Part shown: positions 24,120-34,283 of the stretch, in pieces
How positions within the stretch are numbered: position 1 is the stretch's first letter
Layout: every line of letters starts with the position of its first letter
DNA from: Saccharofermentanales bacterium
Lineage (GTDB): Bacteria; Bacillota; Clostridia; Saccharofermentanales; DTU023
Direction of reading: 5' to 3'
Length of the DNA stretch: 64,000 bases
Assembly: GCA_050951925.1 (NCBI GenBank)
Contig: JBMNJZ010000001.1
Location: forward strand, 915,015-979,014
Position numbers and translations under genes: made by a program
Notes under the pieces: model-generated
Seen by the model: the letters and a program-made list of their open reading frames with translations, nothing else
What the model was told of the DNA's origin: nothing
Databases searched by the model: none

Positions 24120-25526
24120 ATGACGAAAAAGGGACAGTTCGGCAGCTCTTTGAATGAAGAATGCGGGATTTTTGCTTTACATAAAGTAGTAGATGCAGGG
24201 GTTTTAGCCTATTATGGTCTGCACAGTCTGCAACATAGAGGGCAGGAAGCCTGCGGTATTGCCACCAGCGATGATAGCAGGATCCTGACTCGCAAAGGCA
24301 AAGGCCTGGTCACTGATGTCTTTGACAAAGCCAGATTGGATGAGATCAGTGATAATGCCGTTCATGCCTTGGGACATGTCCTGTACAACAACTACGGCAG
24401 CAATATTCAAGAGAATATACAACCTATTATGGTTCGCTCGCATCAGGGCGCCTTTGCCGTGGCGCATAACGGCGAGATTGTCAACGCCGGACAACTGCGC
24501 TACGAGCTGGAGCAAGAAGGCAGTATTTTCCAGGGCACTTCGGACACCGAGGTTGTGGCCCATCTGATCCAGCGCGCCAAAGGCTCAATGGCTGAGAAGA
24601 TCCTTGCCGCCTGCAAGCAGATGCAGGGCGCCTACAGTATGGTGATCATGACTAAGAATACTATGTATGCCGTGCGTGATCCCCTGGGGCTGAGGCCGCT
24701 CTGTCTGGCGAGGCTTAACGGCGGCTATGCTATAAGTTCGGAAAGCTGCGCTTTCACGATCGTCAATGCTGATTTTGTCCGCGATATCCGTCCCGGCGAA
24801 CTTTTGAAAATGGGCAAGGAGCAGTTTGAGTCTCTGCAATTTGCGCCGGAACGCGCTCCTTCGATTTGTGCCATGGAATATATCTATTTTTCCCGTCCTG
24901 ATTCCGATATCGATGGTATCAATGTTCACGCCTCGCGCAAGGCTTGCGGCCGCGAACTGGCTCGCCAGGACAATGTGCAAGCGGATATCGTCGTAGGGGT
25001 TCCGGATTCTTCGCTGTCAGCTTCACAGGGCTATGCCGAGGAGAGCGGTCTGCCTAATGAGATGGGATTGATCAAAAATCGCTATATCGGACGCACCTTT
25101 ATCCGTCCCCGACAATCTGACCGCGACCGCGGAGTCAAAATGAAATTGTCTGCTGTCCGCAGTATTGTGTCCGGTAAAAGCGTGGTTCTGGTCGATGATT
25201 CAATTGTGCGCGGTACAACCTGTAAGCGGATTGTCAGCCATTTATTTTCTGCCGGCGCCAGGGAAGTTCATGTGCGTATTGCTTCCGCGCCGCTCTGCAA
25301 TCCCTGCTTCTACGGGATCGATCTGCATAGCAAGGATGAACTGATCGCCTCAAGACTTAGTGTAGAAGAAATATGCGCATATATCGGCGCAACCAGTTTG
25401 CGCTATCTGCCGCTGGAGACCATGTACAAGATCATGGGCCAATCTATCTGCTCCGCCTGTTTCACCGGCAATTATCCGATTCCGATCCCGGAGAAAAATC
25501 CCCTTTACGATTTTGATAGAGTGTAG
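24120..25526 (+). CDS. purF: Amidophosphoribosyltransferase
   Basis: It has the N-terminal nucleophile motif ECGIFAL, LQHRGQEACGIA, a PRTase motif VVLVDDSIVRGTT and C-terminal Cys residues. Confidence 0.95.
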   Translation: MTKKGQFGSSLNEECGIFALHKVVDAGVLAYYGLHSLQHRGQEACGIATSDDSRILTRKGKGLVTDVFDKARLDEISDNAVHALGHVLYNNYGSNIQENIQPIMVRSHQGAFAVAHNGEIVNAGQLRYELEQEGSIFQGTSDTEVVAHLIQRAKGSMAEKILAACKQMQGAYSMVIMTKNTMYAVRDPLGLRPLCLARLNGGYAISSESCAFTIVNADFVRDIRPGELLKMGKEQFESLQFAPERAPSICAMEYIYFSRPDSDIDGINVHASRKACGRELARQDNVQADIVVGVPDSSLSASQGYAEESGLPNEMGLIKNRYIGRTFIRPRQSDRDRGVKMKLSAVRSIVSGKSVVLVDDSIVRGTTCKRIVSHLFSAGAREVHVRIASAPLCNPCFYGIDLHSKDELIASRLSVEEICAYIGATSLRYLPLETMYKIMGQSICSACFTGNYPIPIPEKNPLYDFDRV

Positions 25527-25552
25527 GGATCAGGGGTGAGCGGCGACAAATT

Positions 25553-26971
25553 ATGCTATTAAAAAACAAAAATTATCCTTTAGACGACGTCTTTGTCAAA
25601 AGAGTATCCTATATTGCAATCCCCATGATGCTGCAGCAACTGATTACCAATTCTGTCAACCTGGTTGACAATATCATGGTCGGGCAGCTCGGCAGCTATG
25701 CCATCGGCGGTGTGGCCGCAGCCAACCGTTTCTTTATGCTGGGTCTGGCGGCGATTATGGGCGTCAGCAATGGCGCCGCTGTCTATCTGGCTCAATTCTA
25801 TGGCGGTAAACAGTATAGGCGGGTGCAGGAATCTTTCCGCCTCTCAATCGTAGCGGTTATGCTGCTTATTTTGCCTTTAGTATTCTTTTCGATTCTATTC
25901 CCGGATCTGATTATACGTTTCTTTAACAAGGATCCGGGACTGCTCGCGCCCGGCAGGGAGTATCTGCCGATTGTCGGCGTGGCCCTGATCCCGCAGTGTT
26001 TAAGTTTTTCTATGCAAAGCGCGATGCGCGCCTTGGGCGACACCAGAAGACCTTTGCAGATTTCGATCGCAACCGTGTTGACCAATGTTTTTTTCAATTA
26101 TGTTTTGATCTTCGGCCATTTTGGCTTTCCGCGGCTGGGTGTTACAGGAGCGGCGCTCGGCACCTTGATTGCCCGTCTTGTAGAACTAATCTGCTCGATC
26201 TTGCTGATCTGTAATGTCAAATATTGTTTTGCTACCAAAGTCAAGGATTTGTTCAAAATCCCCCGCATTCTGATTAGAGAAGTTGTTAAACGTAGTCTGC
26301 CTTTGACCATCAATGAACTGCTCTATGGCAGCGCGATGGCAATGTTGTTCAAGCTCTACGCTACCCGCGGCACCGATGTGATGGCGGCAATGACGATCCT
26401 CGGCACCAATTCTGATCTATTCTTCATTATTTTCAGCGGCATGACAGCCGCCACCTTTGTACTTGTCTCTCAGCCTCTGGGCGCCAATGAACTGGAGGAA
26501 GCCCGCGCCAACGGCTATTGCATGATAAAGTTCAGCTCTCTGATTTCGCTGTTCTTTGCCGGTCTGATGTTTTTGTCTTCCTTCGTGATCCCCGAGTTCT
26601 ACCGTGTTGCGCCCGAGATTAAAAGCATGGCTGCTATCCTTGTCAGAATTTCTGCCGCTTTTTTCCTAATCTATACGGTAAATGTGCAATGTTTTTATAC
26701 TATGCGCTCAGGCGGGGATACCAAGCGCAGCATGATCATGGATTCAGGCTATTTCTGGCTGGTCAATATTCCTGCGGTTGCCATGGCTGCCTATCTGACA
26801 GACTGGTCCATCTATGCAGTTTTTCTCGTTGGCCAATTTGTGGATGTAATCAAGATGTTCCTGGCGCTGTATCTGGTTCAGAAAGAGGGCTGGGTCAAGA
26901 ATGTGACCGTGGCGGTAGATGTCTCAGACTTGGAAGAGGAGCTGGCGGAAAAAAGCAAACGACGGCTTTGA
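25553..26971 (+). CDS. MATE-family efflux transporter
   Basis: 472 aa and about 12 TM helices. The N-terminal motif is IAIPMMLQQLITNSVNLVDNIMVGQLG. Confidence 0.85.
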   Translation: MLLKNKNYPLDDVFVKRVSYIAIPMMLQQLITNSVNLVDNIMVGQLGSYAIGGVAAANRFFMLGLAAIMGVSNGAAVYLAQFYGGKQYRRVQESFRLSIVAVMLLILPLVFFSILFPDLIIRFFNKDPGLLAPGREYLPIVGVALIPQCLSFSMQSAMRALGDTRRPLQISIATVLTNVFFNYVLIFGHFGFPRLGVTGAALGTLIARLVELICSILLICNVKYCFATKVKDLFKIPRILIREVVKRSLPLTINELLYGSAMAMLFKLYATRGTDVMAAMTILGTNSDLFFIIFSGMTAATFVLVSQPLGANELEEARANGYCMIKFSSLISLFFAGLMFLSSFVIPEFYRVAPEIKSMAAILVRISAAFFLIYTVNVQCFYTMRSGGDTKRSMIMDSGYFWLVNIPAVAMAAYLTDWSIYAVFLVGQFVDVIKMFLALYLVQKEGWVKNVTVAVDVSDLEEELAEKSKRRL

Positions 26972-27063
26972 TATTATTGCAAAACCGTCGTTTAACATGT
27001 CTGTCTCGTTAGTTTTAGCCTAGCCGCTCCGAAACGGCTATAGGGCTATGTTCACAGGACAGG

Positions 27064-27885
27064 TCATTGGATATCTTCTTTATCAATCTTGCATAAAATT
27101 GAGTCAAAGACTTCGGCACCGGGTGAAACTTCACTGTTTTTTACTGCTTCAATCGTTTGCTTTTTGCTCACAGAAGCAGTTTTCGTAACAACAGAGCCTG
27201 TCGCCGTTTGCATAGCCGGAACCAGTTTGGTGCGAAGGGCAAATACAATGCCGGTTCCGAGCAAAAGCACTATCGGTATCAGCAACCATGACAGGTTAGC
27301 GTTTTTGTCCTTGGCTCCGGCCTCATCCCGCACGGGACCCCCGCTTTTGAATACCACAACCTTGTCTCCATAAAGCTTCTCGAACTTTTTCGTATACTCG
27401 GCAAAAATACTTTTATCCAACTCTATGCAAACACGAGGTTCTTTCCCGCTGTCGCCAAAGCCCGGAGGTCCGTCACCTACTCCTCCCCAACCAACTCCGA
27501 GAGCATAAAAGAGTTTATTTTTCCCCAAATAGTCGGAGGAGATCTCTGCAGCAATCGCCATTAACTCATTGTATGAATATTTCGCACTGCCAAAGGAAAG
27601 GCCGGCATCGTTTATCAGCATACTGCGGATTTGATTCTCCGCCGTACCGTCATCTCCTACAAGAAGAACGGTGAGATTGTTTTCACTGCCGTCCGTGCTG
27701 AAAACAAATCCAACATTGTCAGGATACCCGTTTGTTTCCCAATGTTCATACAGAGCTACGATGTTTTTATATTTATCACTATCAGGAGACAAAGATTTGT
27801 TGTTGTCCGAATTAGCGGCCAGCGCCGTCACGGACAAAGCTAAAATGCACGTGAGCGCTATTAAAAAAGCTATTAATTTTTTCAT
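27064..27885 (-). CDS. Secreted/membrane-anchored protein translationally coupled to the ECF sigma factor (possible anti-sigma or sigma-regulated partner)
   Basis: The start ATG overlaps the sigma gene's stop (ATGA). It has a signal peptide MKKLIAFLIALTCILALSVTALA, a ~190-aa extracytoplasmic domain, one C-terminal TM helix (LSWLLIPIVLLLGTGIVFAL) and a ~50-aa tail. Confidence 0.6.
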   Translation of the reverse strand: MKKLIAFLIALTCILALSVTALAANSDNNKSLSPDSDKYKNIVALYEHWETNGYPDNVGFVFSTDGSENNLTVLLVGDDGTAENQIRSMLINDAGLSFGSAKYSYNELMAIAAEISSDYLGKNKLFYALGVGWGGVGDGPPGFGDSGKEPRVCIELDKSIFAEYTKKFEKLYGDKVVVFKSGGPVRDEAGAKDKNANLSWLLIPIVLLLGTGIVFALRTKLVPAMQTATGSVVTKTASVSKKQTIEAVKNSEVSPGAEVFDSILCKIDKEDIQ

Positions 27886-28403
27886 TTTACACCTCCGGAT
27901 AAAATAGACCGTAATTGTGTAATCCCCTTCTGGTATCTCCAAAGGACTGTTCCCAACGGAATGCCCATCACATCGGAAATTTCCCGAAATTTCAGTCCGC
28001 CGTTAATGCGTAAAGACACGATTTGACATTCCTGCAAAGGCAGGGTCTTCATGGCGTGGTCAATATCCATTTTGGCTGAAAAGTCGTCCGGCGGAAGATA
28101 CACAATGTTCTCAATACTATCCCAATCAACATACTGTGGCAGTTTTCTCACGTTATCAATTGCCAGATTGCGCGCCATCTGGAATAAATATGCGCGAGGC
28201 TTCCTGATGGGGGGCTTAGGCGGCGACTGATACAATTTGAGAAAAACTTCCTGTAATATGTCCTCTGATAACGACCTATCCTGCGTAATGCGCAGGATAA
28301 TCGTATACATCGGCGTTTTTAGATGGTTGTAGATTTCTTCAAATGCTATCTTATCGCCACTATGTAAAGCTATTAGTTTGTCTCTCAAGCTTTCATTATC
28401 CAT
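27882..28403 (-). CDS. ECF-type RNA polymerase sigma-70 family factor
   Basis: 173 aa. The region 2 segment is EDILQEVFLKLY...AYLFQMARNLAIDNVRK. The region 4 HTH is FREISDVMGIPLGTVLWRYQKG. Confidence 0.85.
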   Translation of the reverse strand: MDNESLRDKLIALHSGDKIAFEEIYNHLKTPMYTIILRITQDRSLSEDILQEVFLKLYQSPPKPPIRKPRAYLFQMARNLAIDNVRKLPQYVDWDSIENIVYLPPDDFSAKMDIDHAMKTLPLQECQIVSLRINGGLKFREISDVMGIPLGTVLWRYQKGITQLRSILSGGVK

Positions 28404-28585
28404 GCTTTATCCCCCTTTCACTCACTATGACGAAATTGGGATATATTTTTATTGGCAGGGCTTAATTTATTTTTAATTTTTCTGCTTTCATAAGCTGGCT
28501 TTTTAGCATCCTTTGCCATCCTGTGACATAGAGGATGAAATTATGTGCCTTATAAGGAGCTATTTGGGTAAAGAATTACTGTAAA

Positions 28586-30088
28586 CTATATTCTCTCGGT
28601 TATTTCATTCAGGCGTCTGAACCAGTCAATGTCAATCCGGTCCAATTGCGCGTCTGTCATCCTTACCAACCAGTTATTGTCCGTGCAGCCGGGTGTATTG
28701 ATTCTGTATTGGGAGCTCAGCCCCAGCAGATCCTGAACCGGACAGATTACCAGTCCGGCCTGGCTTTGCCATAATGTTCGCAGGATAATTCGCAAATTAT
28801 TCCTAACTGTCTTGGAGGATGATCCCTCTCTTAGACCGAAATAATCTCTGACCAATTCCCATTCACGCTTTTTGAGACTGTGCAGCCAGCCCATCAGTGT
28901 ATTATTGTCATGCGTGCCCGTGAAAGCGGCAATCTGTTGTGGATAATTGTGCGGCCGATCCCGGGAGATGGAGTCGGGGTCAAAAGCAAACTGCAGTACC
29001 TTCATGCCGGGCAGACCGGTAGCTGCGAGAAGATTGCGCACATCCGCTGTAATCTCGCCCAAATCTTCGGCTAAGAGACAGGCAGCGGGGAAAGCACGCA
29101 GCAGAGGCTCAAACAGCTTAAGTCCCGGGCCTTTTTCCCATCGCCCTTCCGCAGCGGTTTTGGCTCCGGCGGGTACGGCCCAGTATGATTCAAAGCCGCG
29201 AAAATGGTCAAGCCTGACGGCATCATACAGATATAAGGCGGCAGACAGGATTTCATGCCAGTAACGGTAATTATCCTGAGCCATCTTATCCCAATCGTAT
29301 AATGGATTATTCCAAAGCTGTCCCGTAGTCGAAAAATAATCAGGCGGTACACCTGAGACTCTAATTACGGCTTTGCTTTGATCCAGCTCGAATAAATCAG
29401 GTCTGCTCCAGACTTCAACACTGTCAGTTGCGGGATAGAAGGGAAGATCGCCGATAATTTTTATTCCTGATTGGTTGATTTTGGTTTTGCTGTTTTGCCA
29501 TTGTCGCTGAAAAGCAAATTGCAGAAAGCAGTAATAATGATATGTATCCCGATGTTCGGAGATGAAAGCGCTAACCGCATCATCTTCTGCCATTTTCAGG
29601 GGTTCCGGCCATTCCCACCAGGGTCTGAAATCGTGATGCTGTTTCAAAGTCAAAAAATTTGCGTAGGGAATCAGCCAGTGCTGTTGCTGATTGATAAATT
29701 CCGTCAGCTCAGATCCGGTAGTTTTATCCAGACGCGAAAAGGCCAGGCGCAGCAGGGCTGATCTGGTTCGCCAAAGCCAGCCGTAATCAATTCTGTTCGC
29801 TTTACCGGCATATCGCGCGGTGTCCAGCTCTTTTTTTGTCAGCAGTCCCTCAGCTGCCAGCTGATCGAGATCAATAAGATTGGGATTGCCGGCGAATGCC
29901 GAGAAAGCTTGGTACGGCGAATTGCCTGCTCCGGTATGTCCGCAGGGCAATACCTGCCAGTATCTGAAACCGGCGGCAACCAATTTTTCTGCGAACTTGC
30001 CGGTCTCAGCGCCGATGCTCCCGATACCATACGGACCCGGGAGAGAAAAAACAGGCAGCAATACACCACTTGAACGATCCATTTGCAC
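28586..30088 (-). CDS. malQ: 4-alpha-glucanotransferase (amylomaltase, GH77)
   Basis: Motifs seen: SSGVLLPVFSLPGPYGIGS, IIGDLPFY, VRLDHFRGF and TGTHDN. Confidence 0.9.
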   Translation of the reverse strand: MQMDRSSGVLLPVFSLPGPYGIGSIGAETGKFAEKLVAAGFRYWQVLPCGHTGAGNSPYQAFSAFAGNPNLIDLDQLAAEGLLTKKELDTARYAGKANRIDYGWLWRTRSALLRLAFSRLDKTTGSELTEFINQQQHWLIPYANFLTLKQHHDFRPWWEWPEPLKMAEDDAVSAFISEHRDTYHYYCFLQFAFQRQWQNSKTKINQSGIKIIGDLPFYPATDSVEVWSRPDLFELDQSKAVIRVSGVPPDYFSTTGQLWNNPLYDWDKMAQDNYRYWHEILSAALYLYDAVRLDHFRGFESYWAVPAGAKTAAEGRWEKGPGLKLFEPLLRAFPAACLLAEDLGEITADVRNLLAATGLPGMKVLQFAFDPDSISRDRPHNYPQQIAAFTGTHDNNTLMGWLHSLKKREWELVRDYFGLREGSSSKTVRNNLRIILRTLWQSQAGLVICPVQDLLGLSSQYRINTPGCTDNNWLVRMTDAQLDRIDIDWFRRLNEITERI

Positions 30089-30204
30089 CTCTGCTGAAGA
30101 TAATCCTGTCAGTTATTCTATCAGGTCATATTAACAGGGTGAAGTTTCATTTGAAAAATGCTATTCTATAGTAATCACTTAAGTGTACTGACAGGGAGAA
30201 AAAT

Positions 30205-31128
30205 ATGAATTCCAGACAACGTCCGCCGGCAAGACCAACAAGGCAGGCGCAAAAGAGAAAAGAGAATGTAGCATACTATACAGTTGTCGGTGTGTCGCTG
30301 GCGCTGATTGCCATTCTTGCTGTTATGCTGGTCCTAAAGCTTGGCCAAAAGAAACCGGCAGCTACTGAGACTGAAGCAGGAGAATCGCTGGACTTCACAT
30401 TGGCAGAGGTTCTGCCCGATGATGACCTGTTGTCAACAGAATCCAGCCCGGAGATAGATACTGCGGTCGATCCGTTGCCTGCAGAAACGACTGAAACTGA
30501 TGTAGGGCCGGTAATTGTTACCAATCCCGGACAGGTGACGGTTGCGCCCGACGCTACTACAGCTAAGGAAGAACCGGCTAAAACCTCTGCGCAGAGCACA
30601 ACAGTGGCTGATCCCGGTTCTAGCCAACCGCCCCCCGAGGATGTATTACAGCCGGTCAGCCTGCCGCTTGGCTTTGGCCGCATCAGCTCAGAGAATGAGA
30701 TTTATGTCAATGACACGGCATCAAACGATATGTATACCGGTTCTTATTCCGGAACGATTGCCTATTCTCAGAAGAATATTGACAAACTTACTCACAGCAG
30801 CAAAGTTAAAAACATTGTAGATCAGCTGGTTGCCCTCAGTTCCGAAAAAAATCTTGAGCTATATGGCGATCTGACAGGCAACACTTTGTCCCTGATCAGT
30901 GATAGTTATCCGCTAACTAATAATGGTACCTTCTCAGCTAAACTGGCACCCGTAAGCGGTGTAACAGAGATTAACAATGTGTCCCCTTTGATACAGGGCG
31001 CGAAGGCAACAGTCAGAGTGTATTATCTGGCAGAGCGGATGATCTACTATGTCTATGCCGAGTCTTTTCAAGCCGATGGGCAGACTATTGCCTGGTTCGA
31101 GATTAGAGCTGAGCTATATCCGGACTAA
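30205..31128 (+). CDS. Membrane-anchored hypothetical protein
   Basis: 307 aa. It has a basic N-terminus, one TM helix (YYTVVGVSLALIAILAVMLVL), a Pro/Thr/Glu-rich linker and a C-terminal globular part. I recognised no family. Confidence 0.5.
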   Translation: MNSRQRPPARPTRQAQKRKENVAYYTVVGVSLALIAILAVMLVLKLGQKKPAATETEAGESLDFTLAEVLPDDDLLSTESSPEIDTAVDPLPAETTETDVGPVIVTNPGQVTVAPDATTAKEEPAKTSAQSTTVADPGSSQPPPEDVLQPVSLPLGFGRISSENEIYVNDTASNDMYTGSYSGTIAYSQKNIDKLTHSSKVKNIVDQLVALSSEKNLELYGDLTGNTLSLISDSYPLTNNGTFSAKLAPVSGVTEINNVSPLIQGAKATVRVYYLAERMIYYVYAESFQADGQTIAWFEIRAELYPD

Positions 31129-31272
31129 GATTGGCGGATAGCTGTATTTGCTATCCGCCGGCATGCCGGCGAGGGGGAAAGTCGGCCTTGGCGGCGCCAA
31201 GATCCCCTCGCTTATTAATACTGTTATAAGTTGACTTTTTCAGAGAGCTCAGATAAGATGTGGAAGCATTTT

Positions 31273-31348
31273 GCCTGAGTAGCTCAATTGGCAGAGCAGC
31301 TGATTTGTAATCAGCAGGTCAAGAGTTCGAGTCTCTTCTCAGGCTCCA
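31273..31348 (+). tRNA. tRNA-Thr (anticodon TGT), CCA encoded
   Basis: Hand-folded cloverleaf: acceptor GCCTGAG/CTCAGGC, D-arm GCTC AATTGGCA GAGC, anticodon arm GCTGA TTTGTAA TCAGC, T-arm AAGAG TTCGAGT CTCTT. Confidence 0.9.
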
Positions 31349-31350
31349 CT

Positions 31351-31388
31351 AAAAACCCCCGCAGCTTATTGCAAGCCGGGGGTTTTTT
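31351..31388. terminator. Bidirectional Rho-independent terminator (tRNA-Thr / convergent TetR gene)
   Basis: aaaaacccccg ... cgggggttttt: a GC stem 31356-31361 / 31377-31382 flanked by an A-run and a T-run. Confidence 0.7.
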
Positions 31389-31983
31389 GTTTGGCCAGTT
31401 CAGAACGATTCTGTAACAGCAGATCACAGGTGATCTTACTCATAGTTTTCGGATCAAGATCGAGACCGCGGTCAATCCAGGACTGAATCACACCGATGCA
31501 GCCGCTGACGATATAGTCAAGCGCGTAACGGTCACGGTCTTTGTTGTCCGCATTATCCTGCGGCAGCGCAAACTTGAGGATACTGTCACGCCCTTGACTG
31601 TAGATGCGTTCGAGCAGCCGGCTTTCCGGATTTCGCAGCAGTACAACTGTCACATCCCGATTATTGTAAATAAAGTTGAACATCTCAGTCAGGATCGGCA
31701 TGATGGGATTGCCTTCGATGTCAGTTTCGAGATAGAACACACTGGTACCCTTGGGAAAGGACAGTTTAATCCAGCTTTCAACCTGTTCGATCAGATCATC
31801 TTCGATCGACTGGAACAAGTCGTAGATATTGGCATAGTGCAGATAAAATGTCGCCCGGCTGAGATCTGTCGCCTCAGTTAATTCTGTTACGGTAATCTCA
31901 CTTAGGGGTTTGACCAGTAACAGTCTGATCAATTCCTGTGCCAATAGCTCTCTGGTTCTGCGTGAGCGCTTGTCTTTGATCAT
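31366..31983 (-). CDS. TetR/AcrR-family transcriptional regulator
   Basis: The N-terminal HTH is RRTRELLAQELIRLLLVKPLSEITVTELTEATDLSRATFYLHY. It is divergent from the MMPL transporter gene. Confidence 0.8.
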   Translation of the reverse strand: MIKDKRSRRTRELLAQELIRLLLVKPLSEITVTELTEATDLSRATFYLHYANIYDLFQSIEDDLIEQVESWIKLSFPKGTSVFYLETDIEGNPIMPILTEMFNFIYNNRDVTVVLLRNPESRLLERIYSQGRDSILKFALPQDNADNKDRDRYALDYIVSGCIGVIQSWIDRGLDLDPKTMSKITCDLLLQNRSELAKQKTPGLQ

Positions 31984-32050
31984 TTAATTGGCTCCAAAAT
32001 AGGATTTTAATACACATATTATATAAAACTGTTGACTAAACGACAAATGT

Positions 32051-32062
32051 AGCAAATTTGCT
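32051..32062. promoter_or_regulatory. Perfect 12-bp palindrome, candidate TetR operator in the divergent promoter region
   Basis: agcaaatttgct is its own reverse complement. It lies just upstream of a -10-like TATAAT (32087-32092) for the MMPL gene. Confidence 0.35.
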
Positions 32063-32163
32063 TATTACAATATCGTATTCAATACTATATAATGCCCGCG
32101 AGACGTGGGAGGAGGCCTTGTTTGTTAAAGGATATACAAACAGGGCATTTTTTGAGGGAAGAT

Positions 32164-34278
32164 ATGGAAAGAGCAGCAAACTTTAGTCTTAAGCACCGCA
32201 AAGCCGTCCTGATCACATTCATAGTGCTGACGGCCATCTGTGTACTTTTATTTCCCCTGGTAGGCATCAACTATGATATGAGTGAATATTTGCCGGACTC
32301 AGCCCCCTCGACCAAAGCAATTCAGGTCATGAAAGATGAATTCGGGACGGCGATCCCCAGCGCAGAAGTGATGCTGCCGCCGATGTCACTGGCTGAAGCC
32401 AGACAAAAGAAGTCCGAGTTGGAGCAGTTATCCTTTGTAACTGATGTCAACTGGCTGGATGATCTTGTCGATCTGGCTCAGCCCCTGGCGATGGCGGATC
32501 AGGAATTAATCGATACTTACTACAAAGACCGGCAACCCTTATTTCTGGTGACTGTAGCTGACGGCTATGACAATGTCACTATGCAAAAGTACCTTCATGA
32601 CTTCGCCGGTGAAGATGGCGCTGTCCGGGGCCAGATCATTTCTATGGCCAGAGCGCAAGTTTCGGTCCAGACCGAGGTTACCCGCATCATGGCTATCGCC
32701 GTACCGATTGCCTTAATTATTTTGGTCATTGCCACCAGAACCTGGTTGGAACCTCTCCTCTTTATGGTAGTTCTGTTTGTCGCTGTGATGCTGAATATGG
32801 GTACTAATATCATCTTCGGCGAAATTTCTTTTATTACTCAGTCCGTGGCGGCCATCCTGCAACTGGCGGTTTCGATCGACTATGCCATTTTCATGCTGCA
32901 CCGCTTTGATGAATATCATGCTCAGGGTTATGAGCCCCTGACCGCTATGCGTATGGCCATGGTCAAAGCGGCCGGCGCGATTACGGCTTCCGCCCTGACC
33001 ACTTTTTTCGGCTTCCTGGCTCTGGTCTTCATGCGTTTCAAGATCGGGCCGGACATAGGTTTTGTCCTGGCCAAAGGCATTGTTTTCAGTTTGGTCAGCG
33101 TAATGTTTCTTTTGCCTGTACTGATCCTTATGACCTGGAAATTGCTGGCCAAGACCAGACACCGCAGTTTTCTGCCCTCATTCAAAGGCTTCGGCAAGTT
33201 AGTTTATAAAATCAGGATCCCGGTTATGATCCTGGTCTTGACTCTGGCTTTGCCGTTGTTCCTGGCCCAGAGGAAAAACAATTTCCTCTATGGCATGGAT
33301 AGCTATCCGGCCGATTCGCGCGAATATGCCGAAACAGAAAGAATCGAAGAGGTTTACGGCCTCTCAACCCAGATGGCGCTATTGGTGCCACGGGGTGACT
33401 GGGATAAGGAAACCGCGCTGATGTCGGAGCTGGAGGCTTTGGACCGCATCGAATCGGTCTTTGGCTACTCCTCCGCCGCGGGTGTCACAGTGCCGCCGGC
33501 ATTTCTGCCGCCACAAGACAGAGCTCAGCTCTTGTCTGACAATTACAGCCGTTTGATTCTGGTTTCGGATGTCAAGACCGAGAGCGCTCCCTCTTTCGCG
33601 CTGGTCGAGACCATCCGCGAGAAAACAGCTGGCTATTACGGCGATAATTACCATCTGATAGGGGAGAATGCCACACTGGTTGATATGCGCGATATGATCA
33701 GCCGCGATAACATGATCGTTAACGGCCTGGCCATCCTGGCTGTCGGCCTGGTCGTCGCCCTGGTTTTCCGCTCGATCGCGATTCCGCTGATTCTGCTTCT
33801 GACTATAGAAGCTGCGATCTGGCTCAATCTGGCCATACCGTATCTCCAAGGCAAGGAGCTCAATTTCATCGGCTACCTGGTCATAAGTACCGTGCAATTA
33901 GGGGCTACTGTCGACTACGGCATTCTGCTCACTCAATACTATCTTGACCACCGCAAGACATTGCTGCCCCGCGAAGCGGCAATGCAGTCGGTCGCCGATA
34001 CCGCCGGCTCTCTGGTCTCGCCGGCCCTGATCCTGGCCGGAGTCAGCTTCACGCTGATGGGCGTATCCACGATTGCCGTAGTCAAGGAGCTTGGCCTCGT
34101 CTTAGGGCGCGGTGCTCTGATCTCACTGGGCATGGTAATGTTCTTCCTGCCCGGACTCCTGGTCCTGCTTGATCGCGCCGTTGAGAAAACTACCATGAAA
34201 ACCTCTTTCCTGCCCAAACGGGATCGCAAAAACAGAAAAAGCCAAATCGCTGACGCAGTTGATAGATCGGAAAGGTAA
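32164..34278 (+). CDS. MMPL/RND-superfamily membrane transporter
   Basis: The start is at MERAANFSLKHRKAVLITFIV, with a GAGGGAAG RBS. There are two 6-TM bundles separated by large extracytoplasmic loops, and duplicated SIDYAIF / TVDYGIL motifs typical of MMPL proteins. Confidence 0.85.
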   Translation: MERAANFSLKHRKAVLITFIVLTAICVLLFPLVGINYDMSEYLPDSAPSTKAIQVMKDEFGTAIPSAEVMLPPMSLAEARQKKSELEQLSFVTDVNWLDDLVDLAQPLAMADQELIDTYYKDRQPLFLVTVADGYDNVTMQKYLHDFAGEDGAVRGQIISMARAQVSVQTEVTRIMAIAVPIALIILVIATRTWLEPLLFMVVLFVAVMLNMGTNIIFGEISFITQSVAAILQLAVSIDYAIFMLHRFDEYHAQGYEPLTAMRMAMVKAAGAITASALTTFFGFLALVFMRFKIGPDIGFVLAKGIVFSLVSVMFLLPVLILMTWKLLAKTRHRSFLPSFKGFGKLVYKIRIPVMILVLTLALPLFLAQRKNNFLYGMDSYPADSREYAETERIEEVYGLSTQMALLVPRGDWDKETALMSELEALDRIESVFGYSSAAGVTVPPAFLPPQDRAQLLSDNYSRLILVSDVKTESAPSFALVETIREKTAGYYGDNYHLIGENATLVDMRDMISRDNMIVNGLAILAVGLVVALVFRSIAIPLILLLTIEAAIWLNLAIPYLQGKELNFIGYLVISTVQLGATVDYGILLTQYYLDHRKTLLPREAAMQSVADTAGSLVSPALILAGVSFTLMGVSTIAVVKELGLVLGRGALISLGMVMFFLPGLLVLLDRAVEKTTMKTSFLPKRDRKNRKSQIADAVDRSER

Positions 34279-34283
34279 CCGCT

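Noticed and set aside
28404-28470. A possible ECF-type autoregulated promoter (CGTC -10-like element) upstream of the sigma factor gene
   Set aside because: A CGTC is present ~30 nt upstream of the ATG on the minus strand. I could not pair it with a convincing AAC-type -35 at the right spacing, so it is too weak to report as a feature.
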